Assembly: GCA_964530845.1 (NCBI GenBank)
Contig: CAZHBS010000002.1
Location: 20,778-84,777 of the forward strand
Direction of reading: 5' to 3'
Source of the DNA: an uncultured Muribaculaceae bacterium
Lineage (GTDB): Bacteria > Bacillota_I > Bacilli_A > RF39 > UBA660
DNA: 64,000 nucleotides
The translations under genes were made by a program, and so were the position numbers. The notes under the pieces were generated by a model that saw only the letters and a list, made by a program, of their open reading frames with translations, did not search any database and was not told the origin of the DNA. Shown piece after piece: positions 1-8,587 of this stretch. The stretch's first letter is position 1, and the number at the start of each line of letters is the position of its first letter.

Positions 1-86
1 AATAATTTATTTCTAAATTCATTTAATGCATTTATAATAAGTCCTTCTTCATATTTATCTAACTCTAAAACTTTTACATCTTTCAT
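1..86 (-). CDS. Hypothetical protein, 5' end only (MKDVKVLELDKYEEGLIINALNEFRNKL...)
   Basis: The ATG at 84-86 overlaps the TGA stop of the PcfB gene (ATGA coupling). The frame stays open to the window edge. Confidence 0.4.
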   Translation of the reverse strand, partial: MKDVKVLELDKYEEGLIINALNEFRNKL

Positions 87-784
87 TTAGTCCTGTCCTT
101 AGATTTATTAACAATTTTATCAATATTAATTTCTTTATTTTCAGATTTAATTTTAACCTCTTTTTTATAATGATTTAACTTTGTTCTAACTGATGGCTTC
201 TTACTATTAATAGCATTACCCTCAACTTGTGAAGTCTTTTGCACTTCTGAGAAAGGCCTTGACAGAGGGCTTTTTTCTGTCTTTGCCAAATGGGGGTTTA
301 ACGAATTATTCTCATTCTTTTTAATTCTTGATTTAGTATTTTGTTCTTTACCTATATTAACATTTTCTCTATTCTTTTCAATATTAGATATAATGTCTGC
401 TTTATTAAATTCAGCAAATTTAAATCTTTCTACAATTCTATTAATCCTTGCAGAATCTTCTTTCCTTACAACTATATCTACTATTCCATCTTTAGATTTA
501 TCTTTTTTATCTACTAATGCACAATAAAGTATTCCATATCTCTTTGCTTCTTGTTGAAACTTTGCAAGGTCTTCTTTTTTTACTGTAAAAATTGTAAGTG
601 GCTTACCACTCTTAAGCATACTTGAAAGTTTTGATTTACCACTCGTTTGTTCTTTATTCTTCATAATAGTATATAAAAGTACAGCTATATCTTTAGCACC
701 ACTTCCAGTTACTTTAGCTGCAACTTCAAAACCTTCCAAACTCATTCTCACAATTTGTTCAGCTGCATCACTTGACTGATTCAT
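83..784 (-). CDS. PcfB family (DUF3801) conjugative-element protein
   Basis: The N-terminal AAEQIVRMSLEGFEVAAKVTGSGAKDIAVLLY...KRYGILYCALVDK pattern is typical of PcfB proteins. The gene sits immediately downstream of the relaxase. Confidence 0.7.
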   Translation of the reverse strand: MNQSSDAAEQIVRMSLEGFEVAAKVTGSGAKDIAVLLYTIMKNKEQTSGKSKLSSMLKSGKPLTIFTVKKEDLAKFQQEAKRYGILYCALVDKKDKSKDGIVDIVVRKEDSARINRIVERFKFAEFNKADIISNIEKNRENVNIGKEQNTKSRIKKNENNSLNPHLAKTEKSPLSRPFSEVQKTSQVEGNAINSKKPSVRTKLNHYKKEVKIKSENKEINIDKIVNKSKDRTK

Positions 785-2074
785 TTAATCATCCCTTTCT
801 TTTTGTTTTTCTTTTTCCAACCTATCAACTTTTTCTTTAATAGAATTAGATTCAATATTTATTTCACTACATAAATTAATTTCATTTTTTAATTTAGATA
901 GTTCTTTATTTATATCTTTTATCTTATTTAAGATTTTATTTTTTTCTTGTTCATTATTAATATTAGAATACTGTTTTCTTAATTTTTTTCTCATATTAAC
1001 TAATTCATCATATTTATTATTTATCATAGTTTCATATTTTCTAAATGATTCATCATCATTTATTTTTTCTCTATCAAACATTCTAATAATTAAATTGTAT
1101 TTTTCTAACTTTATAACATCATCTTTGATATAGTTATAGCTATTATATTTTTTACTTGGATAAATTTTTAATAGATAACAATAATATCTATATAGAGCAA
1201 CTATGCCATGATACTTTTTATTTGACTTTTTATTATAAAAATTTCTATCATTTTCAGATACATCTTCAATATATTCTTCTTCTAAAATTCTAGACTTAAT
1301 GTTATCTATAGAATACTCTTCTCCAAAATATCTTTCTATTCTAATATTTCTTTTATAATTTAAATTTCTAACAGATAACTTTCCATATCTATTCTGTACT
1401 TCATAATTCATAGAAGTTAATTTTTCTAAAAACTCTTTATAATTTGATGACTTACCTATAGCAATATCTATATCATTTTTGGTTTTAATATAATAACTAT
1501 TTCTATTTGTATTTTTTAAATAATATGGGAAATAAACTCTACCTTTAGGAGTTGCTTTTTCATCTAAAACTGATAATCCATATTCTTCACATAAACTATC
1601 ACTCAATTCCCTTAATCTTGCTGTTGTAGATCTATTAGAATAAAACTTCATACCATCTACAAAAGATACTGAGTTAACAATAAAATGATTATGAAGATGA
1701 TTTGTATTTAAGTGAGTTGAAACAACTACTTCAAATCTATCTCCCCACATTTCATTTGCTAACTTAACACCAATTTCATGTGCTAACTTTGGAGTTACTT
1801 CTCCTTCTTTAAATGATTGATAACCATGAAATCCTAATATACCTTTTGTCTTATTAAATAACTTCTTTGTTTGATTCATTTGTTCTAAAGCACTATCTAT
1901 TTCGCAATTAATTCCAGATATAAAAAAAGAATCTTCGGTCTTATCTTTATTCATTGCATAATCTATCGCAACATTTAAATCTTTAAGATTTGAGTTTGTC
2001 TTTTTCTTATCTTCAGCATAATCAATAGTTCTACCTAAATTACTTCCTATTTTCCATAATTTTGTTACTGCTAT
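785..2074 (-). CDS. MobA/VirD2-family relaxase (mobilisation nuclease)
   Basis: Histidine-triad motif THLNTNHLHNHFIVNSV. The ORF track starts at the ATG at 1954, but the frame is open to 2086. The upstream stretch reads AVTKLWKIGSNLGRTIDYAEDKKKT, a typical relaxase N-terminus carrying the catalytic-Tyr region. The only plausible start is ATA at 2072-2074, 4 nt after the RBS AGAAGGTGA. Confidence 0.85.
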   Translation of the reverse strand: MAVTKLWKIGSNLGRTIDYAEDKKKTNSNLKDLNVAIDYAMNKDKTEDSFFISGINCEIDSALEQMNQTKKLFNKTKGILGFHGYQSFKEGEVTPKLAHEIGVKLANEMWGDRFEVVVSTHLNTNHLHNHFIVNSVSFVDGMKFYSNRSTTARLRELSDSLCEEYGLSVLDEKATPKGRVYFPYYLKNTNRNSYYIKTKNDIDIAIGKSSNYKEFLEKLTSMNYEVQNRYGKLSVRNLNYKRNIRIERYFGEEYSIDNIKSRILEEEYIEDVSENDRNFYNKKSNKKYHGIVALYRYYCYLLKIYPSKKYNSYNYIKDDVIKLEKYNLIIRMFDREKINDDESFRKYETMINNKYDELVNMRKKLRKQYSNINNEQEKNKILNKIKDINKELSKLKNEINLCSEINIESNSIKEKVDRLEKEKQKERDD

Positions 2075-2078
2075 AAAA

Positions 2079-2408
2079 TCACCTTCTTATTCTATTAATG
2101 TCTAAAACTTTATCTCTAATTTCTAAGATTATTTTATCTAACTCTTTTTTATAATGCTCTAAATAAATATAATTAACATTACCTGTTTGATTAGCAACTT
2201 TTGCTATTTGATTTATATTTACACCTATCTTCCTAATTTCATAAGTTAATTTACTAATTTCTTTATTAAGATTAGTGTTAGGCATATAGTCAATGACTAA
2301 TGATCTAAAAAAGTCTGATTCAGTAATTCCTAAATCAAAACACTTTTGTCTTAACAACTTTTCTTCATCGCTTGTTAGTCGAATGTTCTTCTGTCTTGTT
2401 CTTTTCAT
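2079..2408 (-). CDS. mobC: MobC-family relaxosome accessory protein
   Basis: EIRKIGVNINQIAKVANQTG matches the MobC G-N-NLNQIA motif. The gene lies directly upstream of the relaxase, and its TGA stop sits inside the relaxase RBS. Confidence 0.8.
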   Translation of the reverse strand: MKRTRQKNIRLTSDEEKLLRQKCFDLGITESDFFRSLVIDYMPNTNLNKEISKLTYEIRKIGVNINQIAKVANQTGNVNYIYLEHYKKELDKIILEIRDKVLDINRIRR

Positions 2409-2520
2409 AAGGCATTAATTCTAAATCAGATTTTTTTGCAATTATACACATACACATTAACGTTATTCCTGATAATCCTCCTATCATTAAACCTAATAGG
2501 AAGAATAAAAAATCACTCAT
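2365..2520 (-). CDS. Small single-TM protein (DUF3789-like)
   Basis: The internal Met gives MSDFLFFLLGLMIGGLSGITLMCMCIIAKK. The first 29 codons of the tracked ORF overlap non-coding hairpins and were trimmed. Confidence 0.45.
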   Translation of the reverse strand: MSDFLFFLLGLMIGGLSGITLMCMCIIAKKSDLELMPYEKNKTEEHSTNKR

Positions 2521-2543
2521 AATTTTATTCCTTTCTATATTTA

Positions 2544-2595
2544 GGGGATTGGGTGTCCCCATATTCGAATTTGGAAGCACCTTTTTAGAGGTGCT
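2544..2595 (-). promoter_or_regulatory. Candidate oriT / relaxosome binding region (two inverted repeats)
   Basis: GGGGA-N7-TCCCC at 2544-2560 and AGCACCT-N6-AGGTGCT at 2576-2595, upstream of the mobC-relaxase operon. They form an unusually G+C-rich patch in AT-rich DNA. Confidence 0.3.
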
Positions 2596-2629
2596 ATACA
2601 AATTCATTGCTTGCTAGTAATGAGAAATT

Positions 2630-2812
2630 TTACTTCTCATCTTCATCTTCTAAGGCATTATTTCTTACTGATTTAATAGTTATCATAGTTTCTGTTGTAC
2701 TTTCATTTAAAAATTTACTAATAGCTTCCATAACTGCACGATCACTATTATCAGCTGTAACAACATAATTATTGTAAGATTCAGCAAATACTTCTACAGT
2801 ATATTCCTTCAT
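2630..2812 (-). CDS. Hypothetical 60-aa protein
   Basis: ORF with the RBS-like GGGAGAAAAAT upstream of its ATG. I recognise no family. Confidence 0.4.
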   Translation of the reverse strand: MKEYTVEVFAESYNNYVVTADNSDRAVMEAISKFLNESTTETMITIKSVRNNALEDEDEK

Positions 2813-2847
2813 ATTTTTCTCCCTTCTATAAAGATAAAGAGATGAAA

Positions 2848-3195
2848 TTATCTTTCATCTCTATCTTCATGATTTCTATCTCTACTTGATAAGAAAGTTA
2901 CTTTTTCACCAACTATATCTAAAGAATATTTTGTTTCACCATCTTTTTCATAAGAGCTAGATTGCATTCTTCCTTTAACTCCTACAATGTCACCTTTATT
3001 GCAATATTCTGCAGTATTTTGTGCAACATTTTCAAATAATTTTACTGTGACAAAATCTGTATCATAACTTCCTTCTGAATTTTTAAATGATCTAGGAATT
3101 GCTAATGTTGCTGTTGCATACTTATTACCATTTTCAGATTCATTTACTTCAATGTCTTTAGTTAATCTTCCAACTAATATAACTTGATTTAACAT
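2848..3195 (-). CDS. ssb: Single-stranded DNA-binding protein, short SsbB-like form
   Basis: OB-fold signature MLNQVILVGRLTKDIE...GDIVGVKGRMQSSSYEKDGE. The start was moved to the Met preceded by AAAGGAGGTGAGAAA. The protein ends ...NHEDRDER and lacks a DDDLPF-type acidic tip. Confidence 0.85.
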   Translation of the reverse strand: MLNQVILVGRLTKDIEVNESENGNKYATATLAIPRSFKNSEGSYDTDFVTVKLFENVAQNTAEYCNKGDIVGVKGRMQSSSYEKDGETKYSLDIVGEKVTFLSSRDRNHEDRDER

Positions 3196-3214
3196 TTTCT
3201 CACCTCCTTTCATG

Positions 3215-3451
3215 TTAGTTTTTGAATTCATGTTTTTCATCACCTTCTTTCCAAATAAAAAAAGACATAAGATTTTTATTTCTTATGGTTTCTCTTAATA
3301 ACTTAATATTTGAAATATCTTCAGTAGTAATTCCTTTAATATTAAAGATGTCATCTATCTTAATATTTCTAACTTTGTCATCTGAATCTATTCCATTTTT
3401 TATCAATTTTAGAATAGTTTTATATCTTGAATTTATTATCTTGTCCTTCAA
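3215..3451 (-). CDS. Hypothetical 78-aa protein
   Basis: ORF only; co-oriented within the conjugative module. Confidence 0.35.
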   Translation of the reverse strand: MKDKIINSRYKTILKLIKNGIDSDDKVRNIKIDDIFNIKGITTEDISNIKLLRETIRNKNLMSFFIWKEGDEKHEFKN

Positions 3452-3460
3452 TTTTCCCTC

Positions 3461-4072
3461 CTATACTTGTTCTAATATTATTACTATTTGCTTTTCAGTG
3501 TTGTGCTTGCAAGTAATTAAAGTTAAAATTGTTTTGGATATATTTCTTTTAATTTCAACTTTTCCATTTTTATTTATGTCATAAATATTAACTACTTTAT
3601 AAGTATAAGTTTTATTTTTATAATCAATTGTTGCTTTATCATCAATTTCTAATTTATCAAGATTTCTAAAATAAGAAATTCCAGCATCACCAGAATGAGC
3701 AGCAAGTATTAAGTTACCTCCAACCGCATCAGGCATATTAGAACCTTTTATTATTTGAACATTATATTTAATGTTATTTAAATAACTAGACTCATCAACT
3801 AAACCTCTAACTAAATTAATTTTATTGATTTTAAGTACAGCAATATAATTAACTTTTTTGTCTTTACTTTGTACTCCATCTATACTAGTTTCAGTATTTT
3901 CTTCGTTTATTTCTTCTTTTGATAAATCTTCTTGATAAAATTCTTGAATTAATTTTTCATCTTGTTTGTTATCAAAATAATTAAATAGCAATTTATAATT
4001 GCTAACTATTATTGCAAAAAATATTAGCATAATTCCTACAATTATATATTTATTAAATTTTATTTTTTTCAT
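3461..4072 (-). CDS. Sortase-family transpeptidase (membrane-anchored)
   Basis: N-terminal TM segment, LAAHSG (catalytic His) and TLITC (catalytic Cys). No Arg occurs in the 15 residues after the Cys. Confidence 0.75.
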   Translation of the reverse strand: MKKIKFNKYIIVGIMLIFFAIIVSNYKLLFNYFDNKQDEKLIQEFYQEDLSKEEINEENTETSIDGVQSKDKKVNYIAVLKINKINLVRGLVDESSYLNNIKYNVQIIKGSNMPDAVGGNLILAAHSGDAGISYFRNLDKLEIDDKATIDYKNKTYTYKVVNIYDINKNGKVEIKRNISKTILTLITCKHNTEKQIVIILEQV

Positions 4073-4106
4073 AACTTATCCTTTTCTGCAAAATAAAGAT
4101 AGAATA

Positions 4107-4541
4107 CTAATCCTCATATTCTATCTCAATATAAAATTCTTGTGAATCAATATCACATTCATCATCTGTTGCAACTTTATCTTCATATTTTATTGATTCT
4201 CTATGAAGTTGTTTAAGTAAATTTATAATTTCTTCATCATCGTATCTATACTCGTAGCAAGAATCATTATTTCTAAAATAATCACCTAATACCTCATTAG
4301 GAATGTTCATTTCAGACTCTAATGATTTTCCATTTTCAAAATTAAATACTTTAATATATTTAATACTATTTATTTTCTTATTATCTTCTAATTCAAGTTC
4401 AACGAACTTATCACTAAGTTTATTATAAATTTCAGTTAATATAATTTTCTCTTTTCCACCATAAAACTTTTTATTATATATCATACTTACTTTCTCTAAT
4501 AAAATTAAATCATAAAAATTAATTGGTTTTCTTACCTTCAT
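4107..4541 (-). CDS. Hypothetical acidic 144-aa protein
   Basis: ORF only. Asp/Glu-rich, especially the C-terminus (DDECDIDSQEFYIEIEYED). Confidence 0.45.
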   Translation of the reverse strand: MKVRKPINFYDLILLEKVSMIYNKKFYGGKEKIILTEIYNKLSDKFVELELEDNKKINSIKYIKVFNFENGKSLESEMNIPNEVLGDYFRNNDSCYEYRYDDEEIINLLKQLHRESIKYEDKVATDDECDIDSQEFYIEIEYED

Positions 4542-4606
4542 AATTTGTCACCACACGAGCATGATACCATTCATTAAACAAAATAAAAAATGTACAATTT
4601 TTTATG

Positions 4607-7123
4607 TCACACATTTTTAATATCTTTTCCATGTCTAAATCCATAAATAATAGTAATTATACCAGCTATTCCAAATATTATTGCAATTATCACATGTAGC
4701 TTACCTTCACTCATATAAGTGTCAGGTACTTCTACTATTTGATTATCCTTCATAACTGATTTAACAATTTCTCCATCTTCTTTTATTTCAAAGAACATTT
4801 TATCAGGATTAATCTCCCAACCTTCAGGAGCTTCTTTTTCTAAAATATAGTACTTACCAATAGGAAGTCTATCTATTATGATTTTACCATTTTCATCAGT
4901 TACACCAGTAAAAATCAATTCATCATCTTCAGTATATATCTCCATCTTAGTATTTGGAAGTGGTTCACTAGTTGAAAAGTCTGTCTTAGTAAATTCAAGC
5001 TTTCCAGTACCTAAATGATTTTTTATTATAGTTGTATATTCAACTTTTTCTGTATATTGGTCTTTATACTTTAATTCAAATTCATATTTAGTTTTATCTA
5101 ATACATGTTCACCAACTGTTTCTATTTCTTGTAAATAATATTTACCCAAATGAAGATTATCAACTTTAATATTACCATCTTTATCAGTTAATACTTCTTT
5201 TACTAAATCACCTTTTTTATAAATTACTTTTCCAGTTCCATTAGTTATATTTTCATTAGCATATAATCCAATTTTAACACCTTCTAAGTCTATTTCTTTA
5301 TATTCATAACCATTTTCTTTAAGCTCTACTGTTTCACCTATCTTAGTAGCTTTAACAGTTCCTTTTACTTCTTTATTTTCAAATCTAACTTCAAATAAGA
5401 TTCCATATTCACTATCATTAATTAATTTTGAATCATCTCCAATAGTAAATTCTTTTGATTCTTTATTCCATAAATATTTATCAATTACTTGATCAACTTC
5501 TTCTAATTTATAATGACCACTTTCTAACGGATAAGGAGTAATAAATTCCCCATTTCTGTCTGTTTCAAAAACACAAACTTTTTGGCTTGTAGGATAAGTT
5601 ATATTTTGACATACATATTCATTTTTATCAGTATTTAGTATTTTAAATTTAATACCACTTCTTTTGATAACATTACCTGTTTCTGAATCAACTTTCACTA
5701 CTTTTAACTTTGCTTTAATTTCAGCATTCGCTATTACCTTTTTAACAACAGGCCCTACTTCTCTAACTTCAATAGTAAAATCATCAGCTTTTTCATGTCC
5801 AAAAGTTGAAGTTAACTGTTTTACTATATAAGTTCCATAAGGTAATTTGAATTTAATATTTCCTTGTGAATCTGCAGTTAATCTTCTTACTTCTTCTCCT
5901 TTATTATTATAAATTCCAAACACTACTCCTTCTTCTGGACTCATAAAACCTGTTTTGTCATTTGCATATACTTTAGTAAAATCAAAGTCTAAACTAATAA
6001 CTTTTTCAAATACTTGTACTTCAGGAAATAAGTTGTCAGGTGTTATTTCAAAATAATATTTATTTTTATCTAATTGGTATCCATTAGATGCTTTTTCTTC
6101 TAGTAAATAGAACTTCCCTAAACTTGGTAAATAATCAGATGTTGCTTTTCCATTCTTATCTGTTGTAACAGTTCCAACTTTAGTTCCATCATCTTTGTAA
6201 ATGCCATAAACTGCACCTTCAAGAGTAGCTTCTCCTTGTGGCTTATTTGTAAATGTCTCATCATCATATTTATTAGGAGTAACTGTACCACCTAATACTT
6301 TAATCTTCATAGGTTTTCTGATTGGGTCTATATTACCTCTTCTAACAACATTTTGACTATCTGTTGCATAATAAAGTCTGGTAGGCTCGCCATAACGATT
6401 ACCATTCTTATTTAGACTAAAAGTCATATCACCAACTTGAGTTGCAGTAATATTTAAACTATTCCCATTTATACTGATATTTCCTCCAACAACATTTTCT
6501 ACATTAAAACTAGATAATACATTATTGGAATCATTAATTGTAATTGTATTTCCAATTACCATTTCAGTTGGTAAATCAGTAAAATTTGGAGTAGTAGTAT
6601 GGCTATCAGCTAATCTATTAATTTCTGCCATTTCATTTGCTAATATTGAATCATTTCTTTGTCCTCCTGATGTTGTTGTAAAATAATTATCTACAGTTGG
6701 ATCAGCATATTTCCATATTAACATTTGAGTTGCTGGATACCACCTAATATCAGTATGGTCTATTCCATTCTCATTATATCCATACCCATAATAAGCAATT
6801 TTCTCAATTTTTTTCCAATTTTCATAACTTATATTAGTAACACTTGCCATATCTTCTGTAGTTACATTATAAGTGGAATCACTATTTATTTCTACAAATG
6901 GTTGTACACAATAAACAAAAGCACCATCACTATTTCTTTTAATCATCTTTGTTTGTTCCCATTTAGAACGTGATCCTTGTTTGTGCATATAGTAATAAGG
7001 TCCTCGAATATATTCATCAGCACTTATTTTATCTGTTGCTGCATTAACATTTTTAAGTCCTATCATTGAACCTACAAATGTTAAAGCTAATAAAAAAATC
7101 ATTCTTATTTTATTTTTAAACAT
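4607..7123 (-). CDS. Surface adhesin: thioester (TQXA) domain plus Cna-B/SpaA-type repeats and a C-terminal membrane anchor
   Basis: Signal peptide. VYCVQPF (Cys about aa 72) and PATQMLIW (Gln about aa 133) fit Cys-Gln thioester adhesins. Repeated G-YxLxExxAPxGY-like Cna-B modules. The C-terminus reads VPDTY + hydrophobic helix + basic tail. Confidence 0.85.
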   Translation of the reverse strand: MFKNKIRMIFLLALTFVGSMIGLKNVNAATDKISADEYIRGPYYYMHKQGSRSKWEQTKMIKRNSDGAFVYCVQPFVEINSDSTYNVTTEDMASVTNISYENWKKIEKIAYYGYGYNENGIDHTDIRWYPATQMLIWKYADPTVDNYFTTTSGGQRNDSILANEMAEINRLADSHTTTPNFTDLPTEMVIGNTITINDSNNVLSSFNVENVVGGNISINGNSLNITATQVGDMTFSLNKNGNRYGEPTRLYYATDSQNVVRRGNIDPIRKPMKIKVLGGTVTPNKYDDETFTNKPQGEATLEGAVYGIYKDDGTKVGTVTTDKNGKATSDYLPSLGKFYLLEEKASNGYQLDKNKYYFEITPDNLFPEVQVFEKVISLDFDFTKVYANDKTGFMSPEEGVVFGIYNNKGEEVRRLTADSQGNIKFKLPYGTYIVKQLTSTFGHEKADDFTIEVREVGPVVKKVIANAEIKAKLKVVKVDSETGNVIKRSGIKFKILNTDKNEYVCQNITYPTSQKVCVFETDRNGEFITPYPLESGHYKLEEVDQVIDKYLWNKESKEFTIGDDSKLINDSEYGILFEVRFENKEVKGTVKATKIGETVELKENGYEYKEIDLEGVKIGLYANENITNGTGKVIYKKGDLVKEVLTDKDGNIKVDNLHLGKYYLQEIETVGEHVLDKTKYEFELKYKDQYTEKVEYTTIIKNHLGTGKLEFTKTDFSTSEPLPNTKMEIYTEDDELIFTGVTDENGKIIIDRLPIGKYYILEKEAPEGWEINPDKMFFEIKEDGEIVKSVMKDNQIVEVPDTYMSEGKLHVIIAIIFGIAGIITIIYGFRHGKDIKNV

Positions 7124-7178
7124 ATATTTTCCTCCTTTAATAAGAATTAATTGTAAATAAAAAGAACTCTAGCGAGTC

Positions 7179-7730
7179 CTAATTTAATTTTTCTGTATCA
7201 AACATAACTCCTAAAAATTTTCCAGAGGTGCTTAATACATCATGGCAATTATATAAAACTTCTCCATCAAGATAAGGTTTATATTTATCACCATATTCTA
7301 AACATTCATTCATAGTTTTAAAATCAACTTTCTCCCAACTATACATTGGTTGATTGTAATATTGTTCTTTTGTCATACCAAGAGCATCCCAAATTTCCTG
7401 CTTTTTAGAATCTATAATAGTAACTGGTTCTTTTTCTTCATTTTGTTTTGAATTAGATTGTTTCACTTCATTTTCTTTTGTAGGTGAAACAATAGTTTCT
7501 TCTTTCTCTACAATGTTATTTTCAAGTTTTATTTCTTCATCTATTTTTTCTCCTGGTAAATTTTCTTTAAAATCTTGTTCATTATTTTCTTTGGTGTTCA
7601 CTTCCTTCTTAGCATTTATTTTTTCTTCTATTTTAACTTCTTCTTGTTCTGATTTATGTGTAACTTTAATTATAATTGGTACAGATATAATAATTAATAA
7701 AATAACAAATAACATTATTTTCTTTCTCAT
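7179..7730 (-). CDS. Membrane-anchored Glu/Lys-rich hypothetical protein
   Basis: N-terminal TM helix, a low-complexity EK-rich linker and a Cys-containing C-terminal domain. Confidence 0.45.
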   Translation of the reverse strand: MRKKIMLFVILLIIISVPIIIKVTHKSEQEEVKIEEKINAKKEVNTKENNEQDFKENLPGEKIDEEIKLENNIVEKEETIVSPTKENEVKQSNSKQNEEKEPVTIIDSKKQEIWDALGMTKEQYYNQPMYSWEKVDFKTMNECLEYGDKYKPYLDGEVLYNCHDVLSTSGKFLGVMFDTEKLN

Positions 7731-7789
7731 GCTTCTTCACTCCTTTAAATCATTTTTACATATATTCAGAATATTTAAAAATGTGCGAT

Positions 7790-8557
7790 TTATCTTTCAT
7801 AATCATTTCTAATATTTAAAATATCATTAAAGAAGTCATTCTCATATAAATCAGTTTCATTTTTCATGTTTTCTAACTTATTTAAATTGCTTTTTAAAGC
7901 ATTATTAAAATAACCAAATTTATTAGATATTTCATTTCCATCTTCATCTCTAAACTTATTTATTTTAACTTTAGAAGTGATATAGTGAATAGAAGTATAA
8001 ATATCTTCAGAAGAATATTTTTGTTTTATATTATTAAACAATTCATAATAGCTTTTTATGTCATTATCTTCAATTGTAATATAACCAGATTTAATTAATT
8101 CATTTAAAAATAAAGAATTATTGACGTAAGTTGATTTATCATATTTATCATATTCTTTAGTTTTTAATTTATTAGTATTTAATTGTTGCTGGTTTTCCAA
8201 CGTTGGACAATCCATAGCTGGAAAATCGGGTGCTGGATTATTTTTCTCTAAAATATATTCTTGAGGAGTATCAAATACTTTATATTTATAAACAAATAAA
8301 CCTTTAGAATTTTGTTCTTTCAATATGTCAATATAACCAAATCTTTTTAATTCGTTAATTGTAGACCTAACTGCTGCTTTGCTTTCCGAACATATCGAAA
8401 CCAATCCATTAAATGAATAATCCCAATCAGGTGGCAAGCTATACATTTTGCATAATAATCCTGTTGCCTTTAGAGAAATTTCTTTACTACGTAAAATAGA
8501 ATTATCTACAATCGTATAATTATTTCTTCTATTAATTTCAAATTCTCTCGTATCCAA
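7790..8557 (-). CDS. Winged-HTH protein, replication-initiator/DnaD-N-terminal-like
   Basis: NYTIVDNSILRSKEISLKATGLLCKMYSLPPDWDYSFNGLVSICSESKAAVRSTINELKRFGYI resembles the N-terminal wHTH of plasmid/phage Rep-type proteins. It sits next to parAB. Confidence 0.5.
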   Translation of the reverse strand: MDTREFEINRRNNYTIVDNSILRSKEISLKATGLLCKMYSLPPDWDYSFNGLVSICSESKAAVRSTINELKRFGYIDILKEQNSKGLFVYKYKVFDTPQEYILEKNNPAPDFPAMDCPTLENQQQLNTNKLKTKEYDKYDKSTYVNNSLFLNELIKSGYITIEDNDIKSYYELFNNIKQKYSSEDIYTSIHYITSKVKINKFRDEDGNEISNKFGYFNNALKSNLNKLENMKNETDLYENDFFNDILNIRNDYER

Positions 8558-8587
8558 GTAACCATCTCCTATAAAAAAAAGATTTCT

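Noticed and set aside
2521-2607. The N-terminal 29 codons of tracked ORF 2365-2607.
   Set aside because: This stretch overlaps the two inverted repeats of the candidate oriT. The internal Met at 2520 begins a typical small-TM protein.
3222-3584. Plus-strand ORFs opposite minus-strand genes. Examples: 3222-3584, 6725-6973, 7513-7812, 14948-15133, 19927-20109, 34011-34208, 34386-34574, 35699-35938, 36466-36783, 40357-40539, 40852-41034, 41372-41554, 47726-48109, 48455-48652, 49245-49427, 57451-57645, 60135-60326 and 63095-63655.
   Set aside because: Each lies antisense within a well-supported gene. Their compositions are low-complexity and rich in F, I, L and S, as expected from AT-rich antisense frames. 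They lack convincing RBSs and recognisable motifs.
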